The translations under genes were made by a program, and so were the position numbers. This document shows positions 30,701 to 39,270 of a DNA stretch of 42,847 nt, piece after piece (the first letter of the stretch is position 1; each line of letters starts with the position of its first letter). The notes beneath the pieces were generated by a model. The model saw only the letters and a program-made list of their open reading frames with translations, ran no database searches and was not told where the DNA came from. The stretch is from an uncultured Muribaculaceae bacterium (lineage in GTDB: Bacteria; Bacillota_I; Bacilli_A; RF39; UBA660), in contig CAZWST010000005.1 of the NCBI GenBank assembly GCA_964636965.1, positions 1 through 42,847 of the forward strand, written 5' to 3'.

Positions 30701-31595
30701 ACCAATAAAAGATGAATATTCTATTAAGATATTTAATAAACTTAAACTAGTAAAAGAATTGAGTATTGAAGAGTATCAAAATGGAACATTCGAAAGTTTT
30801 AAATTTAAGAGTGATGAAATATCTAATGGAGATGTTGAATTTGCATTATGTATAAGAGGATTACCTTATGCATCAATTACTAAAAATGTTTTAGAGTACA
30901 TAAAGATAACAGACTTTAGTATTATATTAAATCATCAAGATATTGAAAGTGAATTAACGTTAGATCCAGGAGATGAATTAGAGTTTGATCTTATCACCAC
31001 TCCAGATAATGCAACTGATAAGAATTTAGTATTTAAATCAAGTGATGAAAGTATTGCAACATTTGATAATAAAACTATTAAGGTTAATAGTTCTGGTGAA
31101 ACTACAATAACAGTTGGAAATAAAGAAATAAGTAAGACATTTACACTTAAAGTATCAGAACAGTTAGATTCTCTTACCTATGAAATAACTCAACCTGAGA
31201 ATGGAAAAGCTGGAACAATATTTGTAAGTTCCTTAAAATCAAAAACATTTACCAAAGAAGAATTTATAAATAATTTATTACATGTAACAGATGGCTATAA
31301 AATATATGATGGTGATGATGTAGATGTTACTTCAACTACCAATGTAATAGGTACAGGTTATAAAATTAATAATGGTAATATGCGTTATGTAATTATCGTT
31401 ATTGGAGATGTAAATGGTTCTGGAACGATAGATTTCGGAGATGCAACTCAAACATTTAGAGCATACCGAGGTACATATGCATTAAGAGGAGTATACTTAA
31501 AAGCAGCTATTGTATCAAAGAGTGGAGAAAGGGTAAACTTTGGAGATGCAACAACACTATTTAGATTCTATCGAGGATATATAAATGAAATATAA
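24768..31595 (+). CDS. Giant secreted protein: SH3b domain, ~11 divergent Ig-like repeats, Big_2-like domain and C-terminal dockerin-like domain
   Basis: Signal/TM N-terminus; NLRTSPSTSGTII...GDW...GYI (SH3b); recurring D.T..F....G.Y motifs; TPDNATDKNL.FKSSDESIAT (Big_2); GDVNGSGTIDFGDATQTFRAYRG...VNFGDATTLFRFYRG (duplicated dockerin segments). Confidence 0.8.
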   Translation: MKKSKYALLSLTLIFSMTILAIGISISKIDKTKGAVAVENDVLYACSPGPAVAYKTTGNFNLRTSPSTSGTIIKTIQKGKTINVLCITGDWAYASHGTDKGYISLSGIEELPVSVNVGNITKNPSTFYRNNNYEGTLNVSTSNLPNEGASRLKITIKKNGNNAEEDFNITKNGLSNGKASIHFSRKNATVYGNYVIEVTLDGVTKGTKEFKVEKNEFNFNVGKFEAISNVAANEQGEWHFSINNQIPSSLSISDFNYTIKKNNQDATNYFDVSIQNGTLIVRNKPMNIGFNSSNLKWEILNENSYTREGNYSVTFTLKNQSEYSDINGFSKSQSFSISQKRATMAEDPAAGSTARYQIDYTNSAFNVDIIGVANNRGITIYVLDEHLSSGTNRVTYSEAEMRQIYPNIQLSTINTDSRFHYYDETLALEVYPVIVNYSDTVFITNYTHASSTPTVTYYEGLSSSTTVTKSVADFQAENPSAYEKLTSTSYIYGSDGSIKVHETGKDKVIKHITTMPDKKPLAVTGGEIKTALKFSGYIDSELQNFKARLIRRSNNNTLVDTEGNAIYDPNFELIIDTTKLNTGYVYILTKYKDNNASYIGEYKLQYGFGNYNNESSFSLEDGNTDYTIFSEVDPKGINGEELIGANPGANEKFDYNIGLYLKKSRTDYYNVNLDSINYIILDKRVDKDTNGNYYFYDEVEYITRVNRIYDGKVYFDLSVDNGGSYVNNQVLTINEFKTTYAEAYELFKDYTAGATKLTNYNLDANGYIISDNFPIHPVRNYALTSDATDMTLDYKDASGEDHTVLMDTAFKRANVDMYKLILTKFGYDKNGYYILGAVSGRRKVNIDTTSTLESHNVTDLFFVKKSAKINTNDEEEQEKLSKKTLTVLPKTEVTPGEYYVYVSHDNAEAIGFIYTDDSIDSAFELAIYPELYNRNIHMTSINYNKANYTISIDDAIAENTVNDMPIVYANVESSLNFNMKLNYIYNLDNLSYRIEYKNNKGAWINADNYFNINSQLHPSSSITDDNYNNRGLTDSSMLLTTIPGVTKKGDYRIVFNYSNNGANMTPVVKEFSIKANYYSIQVNPDEVVRLTSEGNVKFTNFYSNQRYDIAIPIHLYSVDHPENLEFELLHKTSGSIEPWNSDRKEFRSFRDNSVVDFKYSYTLDVIDQDESLYLMRFSNYVGTDIPKSALGNYVLSIRYHETGGETVETTFKFAVNEPQKEFKSIKDKAISTPDEMYITRNMESSYIIGSRLVSDEISYSIEMWDGSTYVDVSSENADTRYFTIDMKWKDTDVIDRVNYYGDMKVNLAVDKVERIYELSDEKRFLMIVTLSGVRYEVEMPNIRELFKWEISNVNISGEVESEGKTIPVTGFYNNAKPEIAVDLVTPHLENAKFAITQECSGNVCNPNEDMINYNDRFDVITHTNEKIVLKLKENLAPELKLKIGSYQLVVYYNQTDFDIYRFRVRNEYLSIDLGEVEINTPVKNGISNDLFVNKTSTINIPVSIIGSRYEDVTIDISNNDQTINYNHLFEINLEKFYKDHVLEITYDKDKDIEAKDYLVMVHKTIDEETVEDHAILKFNATYFNYMVTNVTYDPTPAVPNYEHGGTITFDISTDELMTGDVFTDREIKRSFIDNLTINHSEVIENLNDYFEITYQDTSDMNNFKVILRYGNENPIYPGSYTATFIATKETFTLQKRQEFTVGNFERRITINDVTIESNTKDNLIHKNTGGTYNVNYTSNYEIDISNLYVKVTDNEDNDVTDKFIIDKSNLGIVKLTFDPELHTIDFGTYKVTLTYTDPSTNRDDVNSVDVIMYGDYKEITLKDMTPSTTPIIAENEGQYYNFNLDTSNLTSEEIGKMKIRIYDIYDNIVYSNIESDNITNSFEVVKGENPSSYRINIMPYKARVGSYFIEFILPASYDPNNLGLENISNKLELTIDDTLYYVNVDSKSTITTQTRVNNKDDLYDYIGVNGNFKFTSTSPIKDEYSIKIFNKLKLVKELSIEEYQNGTFESFKFKSDEISNGDVEFALCIRGLPYASITKNVLEYIKITDFSIILNHQDIESELTLDPGDELEFDLITTPDNATDKNLVFKSSDESIATFDNKTIKVNSSGETTITVGNKEISKTFTLKVSEQLDSLTYEITQPENGKAGTIFVSSLKSKTFTKEEFINNLLHVTDGYKIYDGDDVDVTSTTNVIGTGYKINNGNMRYVIIVIGDVNGSGTIDFGDATQTFRAYRGTYALRGVYLKAAIVSKSGERVNFGDATTLFRFYRGYINEI

Positions 31596-32097
31596 ATTGC
31601 TAATTATTTGTCTATTACTTCTCCCACTAAAGTGTTTTGCTTTAGAAAGAGTGGATGTATCTTGTGATAAGACAAATGACATTTATGATTGTAGGTTAAG
31701 TGCAAATATAGATTATGCCATAAGCGGAATTGATTTTCACTTTTCCTTACCTTCATCAGCTAAATTAATTAGTTATGAATTAGATTCAAAATGGGAAGGA
31801 ACAGCTGATGATTTTTGGGTATCTGTATATTCAGAAAAAGACGTAACTGGCGAAACCCCCATATTAACATTGAAAATAGAATCAACTAAAAAATTAAAAA
31901 ATACTGATATAGAAATTAAAGATTTACTTATAATTGATTCTAAATATAAAGAACATAAAGTAAACATAAATAAGGACAAAAAAGAAGTAAATAGTAAACA
32001 ATTTGACATCATGAAGTTACTAATTATAACAATATGTGTTATTATTATATTAAGTATAATAGTAATAATAAAGAAGTTGAAAGGAGATTCTAAATGA
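31585..32097 (+). CDS. Small cohesin-like domain protein with C-terminal TM anchor
   Basis: Signal peptide; ISGIDFHF...LISYE...W...ILTLKI...IEIKDLLIID resembles cohesin beta-strands; C-terminal TM plus KK; overlaps the upstream gene by 11 nt. Confidence 0.55.
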   Translation: MKYKLLIICLLLLPLKCFALERVDVSCDKTNDIYDCRLSANIDYAISGIDFHFSLPSSAKLISYELDSKWEGTADDFWVSVYSEKDVTGETPILTLKIESTKKLKNTDIEIKDLLIIDSKYKEHKVNINKDKKEVNSKQFDIMKLLIITICVIIILSIIVIIKKLKGDSK

Positions 32098-33638
32098 AAA
32101 GATTAAGTATTACAATTATTGGAATCTTTCTATTAATATTATTTCCTATAAAAGTAGATGCTGCATCTTTAAGTGTATCATTATCTTGCTCGAATACAAC
32201 TGCAGGAAAATCCACAACTTGTACTTTAAGAGGAAATGCAACAGATGATGGTATTACGGGGTTTGAAGCTTATGTAAATATTACAAATGCTGCAATTACA
32301 AGTATCGCTCCAGGCGGGGGATTTGAAGCTATGCCAGGTAATAATAATACATACATTGCATATTATTCTGGGGACTCTAAAGTTGGCTCATTTACAATTG
32401 CTACAATGACTATTAATACATCTTCCCCTGGAAATGCAAATGTATCAATTCCAAGTATTACCTATGTTGACTCAAAAGGAAAAACAACCTCGGGAGCTAC
32501 GGGGACTTCTAGAAGTTTTACAATAAGTCCAGCAGCAACGCAACCTCCTCAAACACAAGCACCAAGACCAACTACTAAGGCAACAACTAGAGCAACTCAA
32601 GCTCCAACAACTGCACAACCAACTGCACCAGTTGGAACAGAATTAAAACTTGATAGTGTCAAAGTAGGAGACTTTGAAGTAAATTATCAAGAAGGTAAAT
32701 ATTATGTAACAGTTAACTATGATACAGAAAGCGTTAATGTTGAAGCAACGGCTAATCCTAATCTAACACTTATTGGTGGTGGAATTAGAACACTTGCTGT
32801 TGGTAAAAATGTTGTTGAAATAATCATAAGAAATGAAATAAATCAATCAGCAACTGCTCAAATAATAATAACAAGACCAGAAGATACGAATGATTATAGT
32901 ACAAATTTATCGGATCTTAAATTAGTTGATTATGATCTTAAATTTAATAAAGACATACTTGAATATACTGTCTATGTACCATCAAACGTCAAAGAAGTAT
33001 ATGTTATAGCTAAAAGTGAAAATGTTAATGTTTCAATAATGGGAGATGGCTTACAAACTTTAACTAACGGTAACAATGATATTCATGTTAAAGTTCAATA
33101 TGGAAATAAAGCAGAAACTAACTATGTAATACACATTAAAAGAAGTTATAACTCTATAATAATGTGGGGAGTTATTGCAATACTTTCTACTTTTGTAATC
33201 GGAACAATCTTCTATTTTAATGATAAACTTAAAAAGGTTAAAATTTCCAATAAAGAAGAGAAGAGTAAAATATTAGCTGAGGCAAATAGAACTGTTGCTG
33301 AAAGCAAAGAAAATGTTACTTTAAATGGACAAAGTGTTGTTTCACCAACATCGGTCTCAAATATACCTGTTCAAAATAGAGTACAAGCACAAGTACAGCC
33401 TCAAAGAAATATTGGACAAAGTAATCAAAATAATAATACTCAAGTTGTTGAAAAAAGAGTACCAACAAATCCTGTAACTGTTGCAACTTCTACTGTTTCA
33501 CCAACTCAAGTATCTCCTCAAGCACCAACCCAAGTTAAATTAGTTCAAACATTAGATAGACAACCAATAAAAGTTAATAGAACGCCAATTAAAACGAATG
33601 GTGCAAGACAAGTTGTAATTAATACTTCTAAAAAATAA
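32094..33638 (+). CDS. Cohesin-like domain, P/T linker, two cadherin-like beta-sandwich domains, TM and Q/V/T-rich cytoplasmic tail
   Basis: Signal peptide (VDA); ITGFEAYV...GSFTIATMTI...GNANVSI..ITYVD; TQAP repeats; LKFNKDILEYTVYVP...V.VIAK...L..GNN.I.VKV...YVIHIKR (cadherin-like). Confidence 0.65.
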   Translation: MKRLSITIIGIFLLILFPIKVDAASLSVSLSCSNTTAGKSTTCTLRGNATDDGITGFEAYVNITNAAITSIAPGGGFEAMPGNNNTYIAYYSGDSKVGSFTIATMTINTSSPGNANVSIPSITYVDSKGKTTSGATGTSRSFTISPAATQPPQTQAPRPTTKATTRATQAPTTAQPTAPVGTELKLDSVKVGDFEVNYQEGKYYVTVNYDTESVNVEATANPNLTLIGGGIRTLAVGKNVVEIIIRNEINQSATAQIIITRPEDTNDYSTNLSDLKLVDYDLKFNKDILEYTVYVPSNVKEVYVIAKSENVNVSIMGDGLQTLTNGNNDIHVKVQYGNKAETNYVIHIKRSYNSIIMWGVIAILSTFVIGTIFYFNDKLKKVKISNKEEKSKILAEANRTVAESKENVTLNGQSVVSPTSVSNIPVQNRVQAQVQPQRNIGQSNQNNNTQVVEKRVPTNPVTVATSTVSPTQVSPQAPTQVKLVQTLDRQPIKVNRTPIKTNGARQVVINTSKK

Positions 33639-33664
33639 TACAAGCTAAAACTTGTATTATTTTT
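33635..33664 (+). terminator. Intrinsic terminator of the surface-protein operon
   Basis: AATAATACAAG-CTAAAA-CTTGTATTATT followed by a T run. Confidence 0.8.
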
Positions 33665-33717
33665 ATTTATATAAGATGTATAATATGATATACTTTTATA
33701 TAGTAGGGAGCTAAATT

Positions 33718-34299
33718 ATGATAAGTTTACTAGTGTTGATTCCAATTATTTGTATATCATTTACGCTTTATATAATGAGTTTAATAGACTTTATAATTAA
33801 TAATAATCTTGATATTATTTTAATTTCCCTTGGAGCATTTATAAGTATTATTATTTCTTTTTTTGCACTTAAAGTATTTATAAGAAACAATAGGAACATA
33901 CCAGTTATTATGAATATGGATGAAAGGTCTTCTTCTATTCATGGCTACTTTTCTTTTATAATCATGTTTCTATTTGGTCTTTCCTTAGTTTTAAATTCAA
34001 TTATTTTTAAAATTAATATATTTAATTTAACAATCGGTTTAATAGTTATAGTTTTATTTATTTTTATAACAGTAGAGTACATTATAAAAAGTTCTAGAAT
34101 TATTCTTTTATTAATAGATATAGACGATATAGATTCATCTTTTAGATTATTAGTATTTGAAGATGAAAGTGGGGGTATATATCAATATTATGTAAGTAAA
34201 AAACACCCATATACAGTAAATAAACACTATTTATGTAAGATACAAAAAAGTAGTAAATATATTAAAAAAATAATAAAAGAAGTAATAGATATAGATTAG
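33718..34299 (+). CDS. Hypothetical membrane protein (4 TM)
   Basis: Four hydrophobic segments; GGGAG RBS. Confidence 0.7.
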   Translation: MISLLVLIPIICISFTLYIMSLIDFIINNNLDIILISLGAFISIIISFFALKVFIRNNRNIPVIMNMDERSSSIHGYFSFIIMFLFGLSLVLNSIIFKINIFNLTIGLIVIVLFIFITVEYIIKSSRIILLLIDIDDIDSSFRLLVFEDESGGIYQYYVSKKHPYTVNKHYLCKIQKSSKYIKKIIKEVIDID

Positions 34300-34309
34300 A
34301 GGAAATTTT

Positions 34310-35164
34310 ATGAATAATGAAAATAATAACAACAATAATCAAAATAATAATTATGTAAAACCACAAAATGTTGATTTATCAAACGTTAATATAGATAAAA
34401 GTAATGAAAATGCCTTAAATCGTGAAAGAGATAATATAATAAAAGCGTCTGTTCAAGCAAATAACTCTGTAAATGAGACTCAAGCAAAAATTGTAAATAA
34501 TACAATTAAAGTAAAGAAGAGAAATCCAATTGTTTCTTTTCTTATCGGAGCTTTTTTTATTACAATAGCTGGTGTACTTGCCTATTTTGGATTTAGACTA
34601 CTTAGAACTTACATAACTTATGATGATGCTAAACATACAACAACGACTACAACTACTCAAAAAGTCAATTATTTTGCAAATTATACATATGACACAACTA
34701 AGTTAAGAAGATTCCAAAATGACTCAAGTATTCTTTTTATAATGCCTTCAGGCACTAGTTCTAAAGCTAGATATATTTATGTTGAATATTCTAGTGATGG
34801 AAGTCTAAAGGAAGAAAGTGGAACATATAATATAAAAGATAGAACCATTACCCTTGTAAGTGACAATGCAACTCAAAAAATATATGATATTGAGTCGTCT
34901 AATCTAAAGAGTGGAGATACTTATTTAAATATGAGTGATCAAGAATATAAATATTATTCTAACAAATCAGGAGATACTGAAAGTATTTTAATAGTTAATG
35001 CATCAGTAAATAAAACTTTTGCTTATTTCTATGATACAAATAATAATATATTTACAAACTTTAAAGAGACTACTTCATCTATAGATCTAGAAAATGGTAT
35101 GCTATTTACAAAATCAGGAAATGATTTAATTTATAATGGTTTAACATATAATTACATACAATAA
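34310..35164 (+). CDS. Hypothetical single-pass membrane protein
   Basis: Asn-rich N-terminus, TM helix, poly-Thr linker and beta-rich extracellular domain. Confidence 0.75.
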   Translation: MNNENNNNNNQNNNYVKPQNVDLSNVNIDKSNENALNRERDNIIKASVQANNSVNETQAKIVNNTIKVKKRNPIVSFLIGAFFITIAGVLAYFGFRLLRTYITYDDAKHTTTTTTTQKVNYFANYTYDTTKLRRFQNDSSILFIMPSGTSSKARYIYVEYSSDGSLKEESGTYNIKDRTITLVSDNATQKIYDIESSNLKSGDTYLNMSDQEYKYYSNKSGDTESILIVNASVNKTFAYFYDTNNNIFTNFKETTSSIDLENGMLFTKSGNDLIYNGLTYNYIQ

Positions 35165-35311
35165 ATAGACAAATAAAAGAATATATTGTATAATTATTGA
35201 GGTTTATGAAAAAGTGTATACCAAATAAATTTTATTATACATAAATACACATTAGTTAGTTTATTTATGTTATAATTTACTAGTACTACTAATATTGGAG
35301 GTTATTAATAT

Positions 35312-35833
35312 ATGAAAAACGATTTAAGTTTTGATTATATTTCTAAAGATATATTAAAAAATAGAAAGTTTCAACGTATTGCTTATGAATCACATCACGG
35401 TATAACTAGAATGGAACATTCAATGCGTGTTGCTAAATATGTATATAAGATATCAAAGAAATTGAATATGGATTATGTATCAGCTACAAGAGCTGCTATA
35501 TTACATGATTTCTTTACAAATGCTGAATTTGGAGAAAATCATGGATTAATACAAGGTGTAGTTCATCCACATATTGCACTTCAAAATGCCAGTGGTGAGT
35601 TTGACCTTAATGAAATTGAAAAAAATGCTATTGAAGCACATATGTATCCACTTTGTTGTACAATGCCAAAGTATAAAGAAAGTTGGGTATTAACAGGTGT
35701 TGATAAAATAGTTGCAATATATGAATATTTAAGTTATAAATTTAGTTATACCAAACTCACTAGCAAGGTTAACGGAAAATTGAACTTAGCTGTAATATTA
35801 TCGTTTTATTTAATAACAATGGGAAGAAAATAG
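35312..35833 (+). CDS. HD-domain phosphohydrolase
   Basis: HHGITRMEHS..VA, AAILHDFF, VHP, HMYP and VDK. Confidence 0.88.
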   Translation: MKNDLSFDYISKDILKNRKFQRIAYESHHGITRMEHSMRVAKYVYKISKKLNMDYVSATRAAILHDFFTNAEFGENHGLIQGVVHPHIALQNASGEFDLNEIEKNAIEAHMYPLCCTMPKYKESWVLTGVDKIVAIYEYLSYKFSYTKLTSKVNGKLNLAVILSFYLITMGRK

Positions 35834-35851
35834 TCTCATTGTTATTTTTTA

Positions 35852-35860
35852 TGGTATAAT
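35852..35860 (+). promoter_or_regulatory. Extended -10 promoter of tRNA-Arg
   Basis: TGGTATAAT, 8 nt upstream of the tRNA. Confidence 0.6.
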
Positions 35861-35868
35861 ACTTATAT

Positions 35869-35945
35869 GTTCTCGTAACTCAGTAGGATAGAGTATCCGC
35901 CTCCTAAGCGGAAAGTCGGCAGTTCGATTCTGCCCGGGAACACCA
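35869..35945 (+). tRNA. tRNA-Arg(CCT)
   Basis: Acceptor GTTCTCG/CGGGAAC, anticodon arm TCCGC-CTCCTAA-GCGGA, T arm GGCAG-TTCGATT-CTGCC and encoded CCA. Confidence 0.96.
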
Positions 35946-35950
35946 TATAA

Positions 35951-35978
35951 AAATAACTACGCATTATGCGTAGTTTTT
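35951..35978. terminator. Bidirectional terminator
   Basis: AACTACGCA-TTA-TGCGTAGTT flanked by A and T runs, between convergent genes. Confidence 0.8.
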
Positions 35979-36972
35979 ATAATTTTGCTTGATATTTTTC
36001 TATAAGTTTTAAAACCTTATTAGATTTATCTACATTATTAGTATCATGTAAAGAATCTTCTATTGAATCTAGTAGTTCAATTGCCATATCTTCACTAGAA
36101 TCAATAACCCTTAAATATGTTATAACATCTTCAATAGATGCATTATATCTAAAATCAAGTAATTTGTTATTAAGTAGTGTATTAAGCTTTTCTCCTAATT
36201 TTGGATAAACACACTCATAAGAATTTTTAGTCATAAGTAAGCATCTATATTCGTTAGCTATTTCTTCTAAGGCTTTCTCATTATATTTAAATTTATTAAA
36301 TATTTCATCAATTGTGTTATATAAAACTCCATCTTCTGTAGCAATTGGCTTGAGCCTAATCGCGTTATGAGAAAAACCAGTATATATATACAAAGTATTA
36401 TTATTAGAATCCAATACTTTTGAAGTTGCTTCCATATGACCAACTTCATGTAGTGATGCATTTAAAATAATTCTTTTTATATTCTCATCTAAATATTTCC
36501 AGTTTAAAGAATCGACGAAAAAACCAATTTGATTAGTTATAGATTCATATGAAGCTGTAGTAAAGTCTTCTATACATCCATGAAGTAAAGTAGTATAATC
36601 TCCAATATAATTAATTGCTAGATAAGAACTATTATCTAATAGATTTTTAGAATCTCTATTAGTTGCTTCATTATATTTTTGATTTAAAGTTATATTATCT
36701 TTAACTGACTTAACTAATTCATCTGGTAAAATTGATGTATTAGTTCTTATAAATCCGCCAAAAATAAAGTGATCATTTATAAAATAATCTGGATCTTGAA
36801 TAGATGGGTCAAATTCGTGAAGTATGTTTGGTGTATATACATCTTCTTTAGTATAAAAAGAAAAATATTTTATTTCTTTTGTATCGTAGTCTAAAGCTTG
36901 ATATCCAAATATTTCACCATCAGCTGCATCTTTGTATTCTTTTAAGGCAATATATTTCTTTTTATTTTCCAT
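35977..36972 (-). CDS. Hypothetical protein with HExxH zinc-metallopeptidase-like motif
   Basis: SLHEVGHM with a downstream ALEEIANE (possible gluzincin third ligand); GGGAG RBS. Confidence 0.6.
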   Translation of the reverse strand: MENKKKYIALKEYKDAADGEIFGYQALDYDTKEIKYFSFYTKEDVYTPNILHEFDPSIQDPDYFINDHFIFGGFIRTNTSILPDELVKSVKDNITLNQKYNEATNRDSKNLLDNSSYLAINYIGDYTTLLHGCIEDFTTASYESITNQIGFFVDSLNWKYLDENIKRIILNASLHEVGHMEATSKVLDSNNNTLYIYTGFSHNAIRLKPIATEDGVLYNTIDEIFNKFKYNEKALEEIANEYRCLLMTKNSYECVYPKLGEKLNTLLNNKLLDFRYNASIEDVITYLRVIDSSEDMAIELLDSIEDSLHDTNNVDKSNKVLKLIEKYQAKL

Positions 36973-37062
36973 ACAGTAACTCCCTTTTTTGTAGGGATTA
37001 TTATAGCAAATATGCCTTTATTTGTAAAATATCCAATAAAAAAAGAAAATATATGAATTTTC

Positions 37063-37449
37063 TTATTTTAAATCACTTTCATCAAATGGATGAGGACATA
37101 AGTCACTTACTAGATAATCAGTATAGTTTCCATCAGTAGAGTAACATCTAATTAAAGTATCATCATCACATAATTCCGTAATCATTTGTCTACAAACAAA
37201 GCATGGAGTAGAAATACTACCACTTCCAACCATAATATGGATACTTTCAATCATACCTTTCTTTAATCCATCAGTTATACCTGCAAATAAAGCATTACGT
37301 TCTGCACATACTCCAGCCCTTAGTGAGGCATCTTCAACATTAACACCCTTATAATATTTACCATCTTTTGTTACAACTATGGCAGCAACTGGAAAATTAC
37401 TAATAGGTGTATAGGCCATATTTAATAATTTTTTTAATTCTTGAACCAT
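37063..37449 (-). CDS. cdd: Cytidine deaminase
   Basis: AYTPISNFPVAA, GVNVE, CAERNA and PCFVCRQ (tetrameric CDA with three Cys ligands); likely start MVQELKK. Confidence 0.93.
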   Translation of the reverse strand: MVQELKKLLNMAYTPISNFPVAAIVVTKDGKYYKGVNVEDASLRAGVCAERNALFAGITDGLKKGMIESIHIMVGSGSISTPCFVCRQMITELCDDDTLIRCYSTDGNYTDYLVSDLCPHPFDESDLK

Positions 37450-37534
37450 ACAATCTCTTCTTTCTAACAATATTTTATCATATATTGCAGTTTTTTAAAC
37501 ATTTTGTTAAAATAACTATCACTTAGGTGATGTT

Positions 37535-38383
37535 ATGAAATATTCAAAATATGTAAAAATGCTAATAAAAAAAGATATATTAGAAAGAAAACCAAATATG
37601 GATTCAGATTCACTTGAAAAGGAAGTAAATGATACCTTCAATACTATTTTAGAAGAAGCTTTATACAATTCAGAATTGGCTCGTTTAAGTGATGATGATC
37701 CATTAAAAATGAAAGAACTAGAAGAAAGTGAAACATTCATGGACTTACATCCAAATGCTTATAGACATGAAGATATCTTTTTTCCTTATGATTATTTATA
37801 TCATGGAGTTCGTTTCGATGATGATCATTCACACTTTGCTAGTATTTTGATGGACCAAGCAATAAAGTGTGGTGAGATGCTTAAAGATTATTGCCGTTAT
37901 GGAAGTGATAATTGTAATGAAGGAAAGTTTGTCTCTTTAGCGCATTATACGGGGGATGAATACGACATCGAATTTAAAACATTCATTGAAGAAAATGTAA
38001 CATTCATAATTTCTCCTACACTTAATCCTGTAAAATGTAAATATTTACCATTTGAAGAATGGGATAAAATAAAAGAAAAAATTACTAAAACCAAACATCG
38101 TTATAGTTATGCTAGATGTGAATATCAATACAAAAAAGAAATACCTTTTTATTTTGTTAGAGGAATCCTTTATCCATACTCTTATTATGAGCATGTAAAG
38201 GGATATTTTAAAACTAAAGATGATTTTATCTTTATAAAAGGTCTTTTAAGTGCTTATGGATGTTCTTATTTACCAATATATGATCCAACAGATGGTTTTA
38301 AGGATATAAGTCATTTAGGAGAAGAGTTCAATAGAATTGCCATAGATAGAAGTAGAATAAATATAACTAAAATTACAAAGTAA
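37535..38383 (+). CDS. Hypothetical protein, possible ADP-ribosyltransferase-like fold
   Basis: YLYHGV...SIL...AIK, FVSL and CEYQYKKEIP...GILYP follow the H-S-E order of ART-like folds. Confidence 0.45.
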   Translation: MKYSKYVKMLIKKDILERKPNMDSDSLEKEVNDTFNTILEEALYNSELARLSDDDPLKMKELEESETFMDLHPNAYRHEDIFFPYDYLYHGVRFDDDHSHFASILMDQAIKCGEMLKDYCRYGSDNCNEGKFVSLAHYTGDEYDIEFKTFIEENVTFIISPTLNPVKCKYLPFEEWDKIKEKITKTKHRYSYARCEYQYKKEIPFYFVRGILYPYSYYEHVKGYFKTKDDFIFIKGLLSAYGCSYLPIYDPTDGFKDISHLGEEFNRIAIDRSRINITKITK

Positions 38384-38415
38384 TATGTTATAATTATTTA
38401 GGCAGGTGATTTCTT

Positions 38416-39252
38416 ATGGTAAAAGTATTAAAAAAATATCAAGAAGTCGAAAAAAGTATTATAAAGACCTATCGTAAAGAAATATGGGCAAAATTTATAA
38501 AAGCTATAAATGACTACGAACTTATTAAAGATGGGGATTCCATTATGGTTTGCATAAGTGGAGGTAAAGACTCATTCTTACTTGCTAAATGTATCGAAGA
38601 AGTAATGAAACATGGTAAAGTTCATTTTAATGCAAGATACGTTTGTATGAATCCAGGATATAATGAAGCTAATTTAGAACTCATTAAGAAAAATGCCAAA
38701 TTATTAAATATTAACTTAGAGATATTTGAATCGAATATTTTTGAATCTGTCGAAGTAATGGATGCTAAAAGTCCATGTTACATGTGTGCAAGAATGCGAA
38801 GAGGTTATCTTTATAGTAAAGCAAGTGAACTTGGATGTAACAAAATTGCTTTAGGGCATCACTTTAATGATGTTATTGAAACAACTCTTTTATCGCTTTT
38901 TTATGGTTCTGAAATAAAAACAATGATGCCAAAACTTCATTCCGATAACTTTAAAGGTATTGAATTAATTAGGCCATTATTTTTAGTACATGAAGAATAT
39001 ATAAAAGCTTGGTGTACACATAATGACTTACACTTTATTAACTGTGCTTGTAAGTTTACTGAAAGTGTTTCTAATAAAGAAGAAGAGAGTAAAAGAAAAG
39101 AGATGAAAGAGTTAATAAAAGAGTTAAAGAAATATAATAAAGAAATTGATAATAATATTTTCAAGGCTTTAGATAATGTAAATCTAAATTGTGTTTTAGG
39201 AACAAAAAAGAATGGAGAATATAAAAGTTTTTTAGACGAATATGAAGATTAA
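38416..39252 (+). CDS. ttcA: tRNA 2-thiocytidine biosynthesis protein TtcA
   Basis: PP-loop SGGKDS, PCYMCARMRRG, KIALGHHFND.IET, MMPKL and IRPL. Confidence 0.9.
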   Translation: MVKVLKKYQEVEKSIIKTYRKEIWAKFIKAINDYELIKDGDSIMVCISGGKDSFLLAKCIEEVMKHGKVHFNARYVCMNPGYNEANLELIKKNAKLLNINLEIFESNIFESVEVMDAKSPCYMCARMRRGYLYSKASELGCNKIALGHHFNDVIETTLLSLFYGSEIKTMMPKLHSDNFKGIELIRPLFLVHEEYIKAWCTHNDLHFINCACKFTESVSNKEEESKRKEMKELIKELKKYNKEIDNNIFKALDNVNLNCVLGTKKNGEYKSFLDEYED

Positions 39253-39270
39253 CAACAGGAGGTAACACTT

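Noticed and set aside
24768-33638. Cellulosome
   Set aside because: No glycoside hydrolase or CBM is recognisable, and there is no multi-cohesin scaffoldin.
4658-39164. Numerous 60-97 aa antisense or alternative-frame ORFs in the track
   Set aside because: They are shadows of longer genes, with no RBS or motifs.
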